A DNA stretch of 64,000 bases from Lepidodermella squamata (taxonomy: Eukaryota > Animalia > Gastrotricha). The stretch's first letter is position 1. Each line of letters opens with the position of its first letter. The stretch lies in the NCBI GenBank assembly GCA_047495785.1, contig JBLDXI010000007.1, forward strand, positions 3,782,001-3,846,000, read 5' to 3'. The position numbers were made by a program, and so were the translations under genes. This document shows, one piece after another, positions 36,073 to 48,000 of this stretch. Below the pieces are notes generated by a model. The model was not told the DNA's origin. It did not search any database and worked only from the letters and a program-made list of their open reading frames with translations.

Positions 36073-38678
36073 CTATGGTACATTGCTCGAGGGGTTAGTC
36101 TGTCGATTTTTGAAGAAATAAATAATAAATATCAACAGGTTACACGCAGGCAAAGCTAGGCAAATTGTTGAAACTGTCGCTTGTAATGCCCGCCATCGAT
36201 CTTGAAAAATCGCTGCAATGGCACAGCCGGCCAGTATCAGCAGAACAGAGCAGTTAGCCGACAAGCGCCAGTGTCGAATCTCGTTTTTCTTTGCATTTTT
36301 CTAGAAAACAGACATTAAGGTAGTGAAATTTTCCCAAAACGCTGCCAAATTACCTTGAGAGCAACTTGAGCTAGAACCAAAGTTGCTAGAAGCATGGTTG
36401 CGTTCGGTATTCCGAGTACTATCAGAAAGATACTGTGAGCAGGGAAAGATTTGCCCAATGCTAGATATCCGAAGCGGCATTCGTGTTGGTAAAATTGATA
36501 AGCTAGGCTTATGTCATTTTCTGAATCTTCGAGTCTCAAATTTTCAACATGAGTTACCAAGGGTTCGACTAAAAACCATATCAACATGACACCGCAATTA
36601 TAGGCTACAATAGTTGCCAACATTTTGATGAAACCGCTCATCGAAAACGCTCGCCCTGTTGTGGGCAAAGTCTGTCGGTGAATGCTCTGTTGTTGGGGAA
36701 ATTGCGGCAACCTGGTTGGGGATTGCAATGCAAATCTGAGCGAAGACATAGTCGGTCTGGCGTATATCGTAGCGGGGACGTTGCAGCTCAAGCGTAACTT
36801 GGAAAAGTGAACTGCTATGACCAGAGTACTGCCAAGGACCAAACTGAAAAACGACGCCATACAGTTGATGTTGACTGATCCAGTGTAATCTAATCCCAGA
36901 ATTAGCGGTTGAAGGGCTAGTAGAATATTTCCGGTCATCGTAACTTCAAATAACAGCTCGCTTCTATCTGGGCTTTTACTGTAAGATGCCTTGAGGAAAA
37001 CCACGACCGACAATACGATAATTAGGGCTGAAAATCCTGCAAATGCCGCAAAAGCTTCAACAGCGCTAGTTTCCTCGATTCGGACAACGATTTTTTCATC
37101 ACTGGGTGGAAGGCCATTTGAAGTTGGCCAAACAAATCTTCCAGGTCCGAATCTAACAGAGGCATCAGTGGCATTAAGAAAAGCCCCGTAAATTGGGACC
37201 GTTCCCATTGAGCTTCGATTCGCAGCTTGGAGTTGAGTTATTGCTAAATAATAGTTCCCAGCCATATTGAATCCCGTTCGTCTATCAAATGCGTAGCGAC
37301 TAACAAATCCTGTCATTTCGACACTGAGGAAACTATCGTTTAGCAAGGTAGTTATAGAAGAGCCGTTGTTGCGAAATCTGGCTGTATTTGCAGTCCAGTC
37401 GATTAAGCTCTCATTCTTAGCCTGTAATTTTGACTCGGTGTCATTCAAAACGAACGCTGTTAGTAGAACCATGTCATGGCAAATAGTTCGTAACCACCAT
37501 GTTGGCATTGCCACGGGATTGTCTATCGCATCACTCAGAACGGAATCTAATTTATCAGCTGTTATTCCATTCGATGCTTTCCAATTACTAGTCCCTTCAA
37601 TTTCACTTGCAGGCATTTGACCGAAAAACAGCGCGCTTTCAAGGACTTGGCTCAGCATTTCTCTCGAGCACCACGGGTAAGGAATAGGAGCATCGCGAGT
37701 GAAAAATCCTAACCCTGGAAACAGTAGGACGTAGCCACGCCCGTATAATTTGAACTTGTGAAGAAGACAAGCCGTTTCCACCCCAACAGTTACGTGGAAA
37801 ATGAAAATCCGAGCCTCTTTGATTTCAAACAGACCTCGGACGGTCTCTTCCAGGTCTGAAGCCGATGGGTTGGTCAGGCCTAATGGAACTGGAATTCTGA
37901 GCAGCTCCAGCAAGGTGATGTTTCGAATATTGAGTTCGTCAATGAGTTTGAAGTCCCACTACAAAGTTTGAGAAAATGTCAAATATTAAGAAAAATTCGG
38001 GCAAAAATAACCCTAGTCCAGGCTGAAACTCCTGTTGACAAAACTGCAACTTTGCGCCAGTTCATCCTCGCTAGAAATTCGGTGAACGCCGGATAAATGT
38101 ACTCGATAGGCATGAAAAGTGGGAAAGTTGATGGCAAGTAGTCGTAACTCCTGCTCAAAACACGTGATACTTGAATATTGTGCTGTTGATTGACTGCAAG
38201 GAAATTAAAGTGCTTCAGCAGCTGCGCTGCATATGTCTTGGCGCTGTTGCCTAAAATGATCGGAACAATATTTTCTGATCTCTCGCCAACCCGAGCCGAC
38301 TCCATGGATCGTGTTACGTAAGACAATCCAGCAGGTGTAACAAACTGAATAAATGATTAGATACTTCCAAACAAGTAGAAGACTATGGGTACTTACTTGG
38401 TCGTCAAATAATTCTAGTTGCAGATCATAGCCTTTTAGCAGCTGGTTTGATTCCTGAATGTTTTGAAGAGCGAATCTCATAGATTCGGTGCAGAGAGGTC
38501 CTAATGCTAAGGTGATCCCTCCGCCGTAGTTAATTGAGGTCAGAAGGGTTAGAGCTGGGCGAGAAGTATCTCTGGCGCTCGAATTTGCTCTTAGGAATTT
38601 AGGAATAGGACTTCTACTGTTTAGCTTTTGTGATAAAATCGGAAAGCAACCTGATAGAAGAATCATCAGTAAAATCAT
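36073..38678 (-). CDS. Very divergent GABA-B-like class C GPCR 2 (multi-exon)
   Basis: Signal peptide, RFALQNIQESNQLLKGYDLQL, FLARMNWRKVAVL, EARIFIF, CLLHKFKLYGRGYVLLFPG, WPTSNGLPPSD, then multiple TM helices including IWFLVEPL...HECR. Confidence 0.78.
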
Positions 38679-39603
38679 GTTTAAATGTTTCCGAAATATG
38701 GCTTAATGCAAACCACCTGCTTCGCATTTTCGGAGCCATTAGTATTAGGTACCAAAAGCCTTGCCAACTTCCGCAGTGAGCGGTATTCCGGCTGAGTCTC
38801 ATGTCTCATCGCCTGCTCTTGAAATTATCTCGCTGTCGCGAAATTCTACCCTTCGGTACCGGATGGAGGAAATTTCTACTGCGTGGTAATATATGAAAAT
38901 AGCCCATTAATGTTAGAACCTCGCATTTCGTCAGAAAACGTATTCAATGTCACGTAGCCCTCAATTTCGGGACGCGAAGCAAAGCCAAACCGTAAATTCA
39001 AGTTTATTCACATCTTTATTTCAAATCTTTCCTCTATCTAATTAATTCAAGGTATCAAAGTAACAGTGTTAAAAAAATTGTCAGTAGTCAGAATCATTTT
39101 CTTCAACCAATTAAGCGATTGCCCAATTCCATAGCTAAAGAGCTGGATCTGTAAATTATTTGCTGAATAATGCAATAAAAACCTAAAACGGAAGAAAAAA
39201 TTAAAAATTATATACGATCAATCAAATCAAGTTGGATTGGCACTGAGGGATTCCATTTAGATTCCCCAGCAACCAACACGTCCGTACGTGTCATTGCATA
39301 TGATTAGTACATATTCATCGATAATTGATGATTGATGATGGCAGCCTGGGACTACAGACTTCGGCGTTTGGAAGGCCAATATAAGGTTTGGCTGTGGACC
39401 CATGAAGCAATTTCGGCAGTATCTAGACATTTGAAATACAACAGCTGACGCATAATCATAATTGCACAACATCCTATTTTTGCATGGCTGAAGATAGAGA
39501 TAAGACCGAAATCGCTTGGTATGTCTCAAATATTTCAGTGCTGTTAAAATTATTTCCACGGATTAAGTGCATCAAATATTAAATCGAGGTGGCGAATATA
39601 GAA

Positions 39604-40250
39604 TACTGTAGAAGTGAAAATTTTCGCGTGGTTAAAATTTTCGCGAATTTCGCGAGGTCATTTTTTTTATCGCGAAAATTATACCCGCGAAAATTTTAGC
39701 CACGCGAAAATTTCGAAATCGCGAAAAATATGGGCTCGCGGAATATAAATCAATTTGAAAATAACACATTGCTGCTTTGGTTGGGATCGCACTCCAATTC
39801 CCCCTCTAATTAAAATTAGCTTGTAGTAATTATCAATTTATTCAAACGATGTTCAAATAAACTGGATGTTTGACAAAAACTACTTATTTTAGCCGCATGA
39901 AAAGGTGGTTTAGTTTTTAGCTATACCAAAGTGAGGGTCTTTGGGCCGACCGAAGCCCAAAACGACCGTCAGCAGCAGCCTGGTAACAACATTTGATGGT
40001 TAGCGAGGCGCTAGACGTGAAAAATCGATGGAATATAGTCACAAATCACTAGATAGAAGTCTCACAGTCAAGAGCTGGCAAGCTAGTTTTCGCGAGCTCA
40101 ACCCCATACAGCTGGAAACAGTGAAAAATGGGTCCTACAGCGTCAGATAGAAAATAAACCAGAAAAACTTCTTCTCGCGAAAATTTCCCTCGCGAAAATT
40201 TTACCAACCCCCAAAATGAGTCGTTCGCGACAATTTTCACTTCTACAAAA
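39604..40250. mobile_element. MITE with TA-CTGTAGAAGTGAAAATT(T/G)TCGCG terminal inverted repeats and subterminal TTTTCGCG/CGCGAAAA repeats
   Basis: Left tactgtagaagtgaaaattttcgcg; right cgcgacaattttcacttctaca (40226-40247). Many CGCGAAAAT units at both ends. Confidence 0.8.
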
Positions 40251-40686
40251 TAATAAAATAAAATAACCACCAAATGACAAGTTAGAAATACATTCAGGAC
40301 AAAATGAATATGATTCGACATTTAACACATGGCACAGTAAGAGCAATGGAAAATGGATTATAAATAGTTATCCGCATTTGTGTGATCGCTGTGAAGCTAG
40401 ATCTCGGAACACTTGGCAGGCGGAGAAAATTTACACTCAAAACGGAACAAAATGTATCATAAATGACACAATTTTGATTTGACTTTGCCCTGAGTAATGA
40501 TGAAATTACAGTAATGAGGTCAGTTATCACGGACATTAAACTTGACGCAAGGGCCCAGAAAATCGCGACCGATAGACCAGTGGAAAATGCATGGGAAGGC
40601 GAAATCTACCCATACATTAACTGTGACCCCAAGTGTCAAGTATGGCCCGAGGCACTAAGTCAAAACTTGGCGATTTAACAGATTAC

Positions 40687-41081
40687 CATAGAGAAAAAAA
40701 TGACCAGAGTAAGCTCTCAAGCTAAAATTTTGATCTCCATTATTATAGTAGTGCGTTCTCAAAACGTATATCTCCGTTTTTTACCAAATTTTGCATGCTA
40801 ATAGAACGCGAGCTGCTCTTTCACGTGGTATAAGATTGCTGCTCAGTCTTGATCTCATCAAAATAAATAAAACCATAGTGAAAACGAGGTTTTTGTATCG
40901 TAACAACGGTTGGGTTGCCCACCTCAAATCTTATACCACGTGAAAGAGCAGCTCGCGTTCTATAGGCATGCAAAATTTGGTGAAAATCGAAGATATACGT
41001 TTTGAGAAAGCCAACCTTGAATAAAAATGAAGAATTAGAAATTTTAGCTTGAGTGCTTACTCTGGTCATTTTTTCTCTATG
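40687..41081. mobile_element. Foldback MITE, hAT-like (8-bp TSD cagattac)
   Basis: About 150-bp imperfect arms (40687-~40837 vs ~40928-41081) starting CATAGAGAAAAAA. Identical cagattac at 40679-40686 and 41082-41089. Confidence 0.85.
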
Positions 41082-41220
41082 CAGATTACGCTAAATGCCG
41101 AGCGAAAAGCGAAATAACTTGCTATCATGGAATTTCGAAAAAAAATCATGCCTATCTACTCCTCAAACTCCTCAAAACAACTCCTGGAAACCTCTCCTCA
41201 AAAAACTCTCAAAACTCTCC

Positions 41221-44131
41221 TGCCTGCCTGCCTGCCTGCCCTCATAACTAGGGAACCTCAGGATCCCTAGAAAGCAAATTAGATCATTGGGCAGAGGAAA
41301 GCCCTATTGTCAAAGGTAATTTGCCAATCCTCAGACAGTAGTTTGAATGGCTGTGCTAACTATTTTCTCCAGACGTTTGAAGAAAATTAAGGTATTTTTT
41401 ACAATTCTATTGTCAGCACTAAGCAGCCTTGCAGGGTCGTGGCCAGCAACAGATAAACAGTCGTAAGAAATATGGTAGGCTAACTGGCTCAGAGGAGTAA
41501 CGTTACCACAGAACATACATGTAACATCATCAATTCTGAAAATAAAATGTTCGATACGGCGAAAGACGGTGTTCGTGACGACTCGCAGAGCAGTACTTCT
41601 AAGGTCAGGTGGATAATTTTCGAATATCTTACTAATGCCAAAGTAACCGTCCCTGGCTAATAGGTAGCTGGCATTATATTTATTATGAAATTTGACAGAT
41701 AGTTCAGAAACATAGCAGTCTTTGACTAGGTTGAAAAATTGCTCCATGACTGCCGGGTCACGCATAAACCAGAAGTCGGGAGGCAGATTGTAGGATAATA
41801 GAAATTTACGAGTTGCGTGGATGGGATTTAAGACACCCATCTTCGGACGAGAATGGAAGTAAAAAGAAAAAGCATCATTCACTAAGGGGTTGGCACATTT
41901 CGTCAGCTCACATGTAAACTTGACTGCATTGAGTTTCGCCTTTAGGCTAGGGGGAATAAGTCCCATAACAAAACCAGTTGATAAACTAGACGCATTGTAC
42001 GGAATGTCGCGCGCTCTTTTATAATACTTATAACAGACGCTGTCCAATTTAGCAACACGGCTAGGGGCGAAGAGGCCCCAGAGTTCGGAGCCTGCAAGCA
42101 TCGCCGCTTCAATTTTGCTACAAAATAGTGTATCCAAGTTATTGCGTTCTATCATACTCAATTTGATCCTATGAGAGGAAAGAGCGTTGTAACAGCTATT
42201 GCCACGTGTAAGCGCATTTTCAATAGCTTCAAACCAGCTCAAGTCGCTGGATATCGGTACGCCTAGGTAGAAATCAGATTTTACAACTTTGAGAGGTACG
42301 CCGTTCATATTAAAGGAGTAACGGTCAGGTGAAACAGGAGCTTGGGAAAAAATGATAACTTTCGTTTTACCGGGGTTAGGGCTGAGCCCTTCTCTAGTAG
42401 AATACGTCGACATAGCATCAATCTGTATTTGCAAATCCACCGCGTTAGTTGCAGTGGGTGTGGAGTCGTCCGCATATAATACGCAAAGTACCTTGGTAGA
42501 AAGTAACTTAAGAATGTCTGATAGATTTTTGGCATTCTCAGCCAGATGAAGAGGCAAATCGGCGGTATACAGATTGTACATTAGGGGACCTAAGACGTCA
42601 CCCTGTCTAACACCGCGTTCAATGGCGATGTCTGCAATAGACAGTTTGCTGCCAACTCGCACTTTGGCTTTAGCGTCGGAATAGAGAGAATTCAATCTCT
42701 TGGCAAAGGAAGATGAGATACCTAATCGCTGGCATTTCCATATAAGACGGTTGTGAGGAACGCAGTCGAAAGCTTTAGTAAAGTCGATTAAACATATAAA
42801 GAGCATTCTACCGCGAACGTGGATTTGGTACGTCGCCAACGACTGAAGGACGAAAGCCGCGTGTAAGCGCGATAATCCTTTTTCGAAACCAAACTGCTCT
42901 TCAGGTATGATCGAGTGAATTCTACACCACTTTTCCAGTCTCAATTTCAGTATAGTAGAATAAGTTTTGTATATTACGGATAAAAGAGATAATGGCCGGT
43001 AGTTGTCCGGCTTAGAGGAGTCACCTTTTTTGAACAAGGTGCAAAACAGAGACAAATTTAGTCCCGATGGCAGGGTGTAGCTAAGGAAACACGGTTCAAA
43101 AATTTTAAAGAGCGTCTTGCTGAAAAAAGAAACATTCAGGTCACTGTGTTGCATGAATTCAGCTGTAATACCATCCGGGCCGGGCGCCTTACCTGCTTTT
43201 TGAAGTTCTATGGCCATTTTGACTTCGTCAATAGTCAAAGGAGCATCCAGTATTGGGTCTGATGTTGTGAGTTCGAGTGGGGGTGAGACAACATTCCGAT
43301 TTCGGTAGAGCTCCCCGAAAAATTCGACCCATTCGTGCATCTGCGGTTGATTTTGGGGAGAAAGAGGCGCTGTTTTGAAAGCCACCCAGAGAGAACGTTT
43401 AGTTTTATCGCTGTTGATTACTGATATTTCCTTGTTACGATTTAATATGCGGCGCATTTTGCGCGAGGCGTTAGCTTGTTTTCTGTATAAACAAAAATTC
43501 ACATGATCCCCGACATCCGGGCGGGTCGAGTCGGCCTCGATAATTTTAGTATCATAAGGGATGTGGCCTCTAGTGGCAAAATTACTGATAAGATCTAGCG
43601 TAGAGCGCAAAGCATCGTTAGGCATTTGAGGTAAGTTATCCGCAAATGAGTCGATGTCAGTATTTAAAAGGTGATTATGGAACGCACCTGAATCGAAGTG
43701 CACCTTAGTATAAGACGTGGAAGCGCTAGTCTGCTTAAATGTGATCTCATCTGATTTCAAATAGTATGCTATGGGAAAGTGGTCAGAGTTAATGATATCC
43801 TGGCGAACAGAAAAAGTTGAGAATTTGCTCGCCAGCAAATCTGGAGGAAGGAGACAGTAATCGATCACGGATTGACCGTTGTGACCAACAAAGGTGAATT
43901 CGCCTTGACGGTCGCCACTGCAGCGACCATTCGCGACATAACAGGACATATGATTACACATAGAGAAAAAATGTTTGACCACGCTAGAGGTGGATACACT
44001 AGTGTCCTTGGATCTGCGAGGCGCTAGTGGGTAGAAAGCTTCGTCATCAGTTAAGGTTTCCGACTGATTGCCTATTCTTATGTTGAAGTCTCCGACTAAC
44101 AAAGGAACGTCATAAGTCGATGAATAAGTGT
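41221..44131 (-). mobile_element. 5'-truncated non-LTR retrotransposon (LINE): C-terminal half of APE endonuclease, reverse transcriptase, C-terminal Cys/His motif; open frame 44153-41331
   Basis: EN motifs GDFN, VIDY, SDHFPI. RT motifs KAPGPDG, NYRPLSLL, DFTKAFD, GVRQGDVLGP, YADD, YLGV. CMFC...H...C near the C-terminus. (GGCA)5 tail at 41221-41240; candidate TSD caaaactctc at 41210-41219 and 44132-44141. Clade not determined. Confidence 0.93.
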
Positions 44132-44925
44132 CAAAACTCTCAAAAACTCTCAAAACTCCTCAAAACCCGAAGCAAAAACCACAGAAACTCACATGAAACC
44201 AAAAAACATCTCGACTCAAATTATAGCGCCAAACTTTTTCACATATTTTTTATTTATAATACAAAATATATGTATTTAATTAAATAATAATAATTCTACA
44301 AAATATGTACAGTAACCATAGAGATTTTTTGACGCTTGCAGCACGCGGCCCGGCTCTGGGCCGACACCAAAAGACCAACTTCAGGCCCTCCTCCCTCCTC
44401 TCCCTCGACTTGACTAGTCACCGAGCTGTCAACGGGACCGAATGATGACTAACTAAGTATACATTTTTGATTTTTGGAAGATCAATGAGTACCCGAGAAA
44501 CCGTCAAGTTTAACGCTATGGCTCCACAAGACGCGCTTTGTTTTTTCCAAGTGCCGTAAACCACATACAAGGCGTTCGCGTGATAATACTCTGAGCGAGC
44601 TAAAAATAGCTACAAAAAAGCTAAAATGCATTTATGCGAACGCCCTGTATTAAGTGATCTATCGTTCCTTGTTTTAGGGCAGTCCTTCCATGGCCTGATA
44701 TTCTACTGGAGGGCCCCTTCTAGTGAGGTTAAGGTATAATACTGACGCAAAAACCACTCTTTATTCTTCCTCTTTTTCATCTCATTCCTTGACTGAGTGC
44801 CTGTACCCAGCGTCTGTATGAAGGCAAGGCAAAAACCACAAACTTGAGTCACCCGCCCTGAGCCAAAGAATATTTCGCTTTTTTTAATCTCATTATCATT
44901 GCTTCGATTTGCAATTGCATGAATG

Positions 44926-45032
44926 ATGCGTTACTCATCAGTTGTGTGCGAAAAGAACAAACAACGTTTTGCTTTTATATCATTTCTCTTATTTCGCTTG
45001 CTCTTTTAGCACAAAACCGATGAGTAACGCAT
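44926..45032. repeat. 107-nt hairpin with 35-bp arms (4 mismatches) just upstream of DNAH1
   Basis: atgcgttactcatcagttgtgtgcgaaaagaacaa ... ttgctcttttagcacaaaaccgatgagtaacgcat. Confidence 0.8.
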
Positions 45033-45074
45033 AAGAAATTTACTAATCGTTTATCATAGATGTTTAACTGAACA

Positions 45075-48000
45075 ATGAATCCGACTTATCCGGAGATCAA
45101 ACAACTCGGCTACTATTCCGAGTCAGCCACCAATCAGAATGCTCTTCAGCGCGTGAGTTATCTATTTTTTTGCTAAACGGTTCAATTCACACTCCTATAT
45201 CTGCAGAATGTGTTGATTGGTGCGCATCAAACCCAAAATCTGAAATGGATTGTCAAAACTGATCGCCACGCTCCAAATGGTTGTTATTTCAGTTTCATAT
45301 CGCATCATTAATTTCTAAGTTTTACTTGTAGCTGCTAGTTTCAAAGGAGACACCGTTAACTTCAGCAAACAAACTAAACCAGACGAGCATGGGCCAACCA
45401 CTGAAGATCTCAACATTTACGTAAGAGCTCCTCAATTTGAGATCTTTCCAAGTCCTCAAATTTAACGTAAATAGGATTTTCCTGAACAATCTTTCAAGCC
45501 AAAGGTGCAAATGCCTTTCCAAACTACACCTGGCTGTCTTCCTCGCAAAGTTCAAATTGAACGGTATAACATTTGTTGTTTTAACTACTCAAAATAATGT
45601 TGACGATCGATATTTTAGACTCAAACGTCAGTATCAACAGCTTGATATTAAAACTTTGCTCGAAGAACGCGGAGTTCCAACATCTGATCTCATGCCAAGA
45701 GAACAGCCTCCGAACTCACGAGTTCGACTCAATGTCGACCACAACAACCCTGCGCCCTTCCCGCCCTATCTGGACCTGCATTTATTCGACGATTGCGACT
45801 ATGATTGTCGAACGCCAGCAGACTGGCTTGCTCAAGGCATTGAAAACGGCGTTCGAAAGCCGGTTCCTGCAATTGCTTTATTGCCAACCGATAACAATAA
45901 GAAAGAGCGTAAGATAGTTTTACAAATTCGAGTAGTAATTACGTAAAGTTTTGATGTTCAGTGAATCCTCGAGACATGACTATCGAATATACCTGGGTCA
46001 AAATTGGAGTTTTGGACTATGACCCAGTCAAGGACATGTATTTCGTTCAAAAGGCGAATACTGAAAACCGAATCGTTGACAAGAATCAAAAACCTGTGAT
46101 TAATGGCGGTCTTGATAAAGACGGTATGTGGTTTTTTTATTCAATTTTCTTGAAATTTCACTATTTTTATTTGTAGGATTTCGAATGTATTTGCCGCCTC
46201 AGTATTGGCTTCACCGCATTCGGCTGATGTTTCTAGCCGAAGATCCGCGCGTTTTTGCAGATCGGGTAGCCGCCGCGTATTACTTGCGGCGTAAAATTGA
46301 GGCCGAACTGCGGTACAATTTGTACGTTGACTGCATGCCAACTGACGGCATTGACCCGCCAAGTTCTTCGGCCATAAAACGCATGTCTGAACTTGCGAGA
46401 GCGGTTAAATCACTGGCTAAAGGTGGCACAGAGTGAGTTATGCCTCAATTTGAATCGTTCAAAAATTTGTATTCGAAAATTAACGAAATTCTATCAGGTT
46501 CATATCGACTGAGGAGTAAGCTGATACCCCGTTTCTATTGATTTTTTATAGCAATTGAGTTTATCTATTAATTGAATAATTTTGCAAAAATATTCGTTGG
46601 ATTTATTTCTAGTAGATGATTTATTTTAGATAAATTTATAGTTTGGGATTTAGTTGCTAAATTGTGGTTATCTTATTGCAGATTGATGATTGTTGCTACC
46701 GCTCTCGAGAAAGAAGCGTCCTTGGATTATATGGTATGTTTAATTCAATATCAGAAATCATTTTTTTGTATAAAATATTCAAAATTTTCGAATTTGATCT
46801 GATTTATGATAATTTTTAAATTTTCTAGCGGACGATGAACAAATTGCTGTTCAACGAAGTAGTGAAAAAGCACCCTCGCGATTTCGCTTTCGTCGCCGTT
46901 CCGCCCCACAAAGAGATCGCAATACCAGCTAAAGGCTGCGTTTCAGACATCCCGCCTTACGCCATGCGAGACACTCGATCGCAGTTCGCGTTCGTGTCGC
47001 TGCTAACTAAACGCGAAGCTATCGATGCGGTTGTTAAAATGCGACAAGAGTGCAACAAAGTCGCGTTTGAAATGGGCCTTTTTCACGTTCACATCAGCAA
47101 GCCTATGAAAATCGAAGAATTCGAACAAGCGCAGGTAAGAACTTTCATAATTTCTCCTTTTTTTATTTTTTTATTCTTTTGTCATTTCAGTCTCAAGTCA
47201 CGTCAGCCACTTCGCTCTATTTGAAAGACAGTTGGCTAGCTGCTCTTCGCACGTCAGTGAAGAAGAGCTTTTTCGAAGCTGGAAAAGGATGGTTCAACAT
47301 GCGTGAAACAAACTGGGAAGTTTATCACATGTCAAAGTTGAAAAAGCTCATGGAAATGGCTAAATTCATGATGCAAGACTCGATTCGGTACCTGGTCCAG
47401 GACTCGCTCGTCGCGTTCACGCAAATGGTCATCGATGCATGCAAGGTGATTAAAAACTTGGAATTATGAAAATCTACATAATTTCGTTTTTCAATGAATT
47501 TTTCAATTTTCATAATTGGTTAACCTATTTTTGAATCTAATTTAATTTCTTCATAGGATGTGTTGGAAATGCCTCCGGGGTCTGAATTCGTTTGGCCGCA
47601 TGAAGATTTTATTACATCGGACATTCGGCCTCGTAAAAGCGCCCTGTTCTACGTCGATCTAATTTTGGACGCTCAAGGCGTGCGATTTTCGACCGAACTA
47701 GGCAAATTCCCAGATTCGCTCGTTGATATCTTCAACAAGGGCATAAATTCGGTACATGCTGTTCCGCAACTCGAGAAGTACATCCTCGAGAACATGTTCT
47801 GGGCTGGCACGCCGTTACTGGAGGCTGTTGGCATGCACGAACCACAGGTGAAAAAAATGAGCTAGATTTAAATTAAATTTCCCCAATTTTTAAGAAAGAG
47901 CAACATTTTCTGAATTTTTCATTTCGATATTTTGCTCATAATTTGAGACGCCATTGTTACATCACAGCAGTAGTGATTACGTAATAGAAAGTGCGCCATA

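Noticed and set aside
39604-40250. Repeated CGCGAAAAT units as a CRISPR-like array
   Set aside because: Irregular spacing, both orientations, terminal inverted repeats, eukaryotic context and no cas genes. It is a MITE.
44132-44153. N-terminus MRVFESF of the 940-aa ORF as a real start
   Set aside because: It begins at a TTG in the flanking ctcaaaa repeat/TSD, and the endonuclease lacks its N-terminal half, so the element is 5'-truncated.
44312-44325. GTAACCATAGAGAT as the RFX X-box of DNAH1
   Set aside because: The 3' half-site is degenerate, it is ~750 nt upstream, and it overlaps a CATAGAG TE-like terminus.
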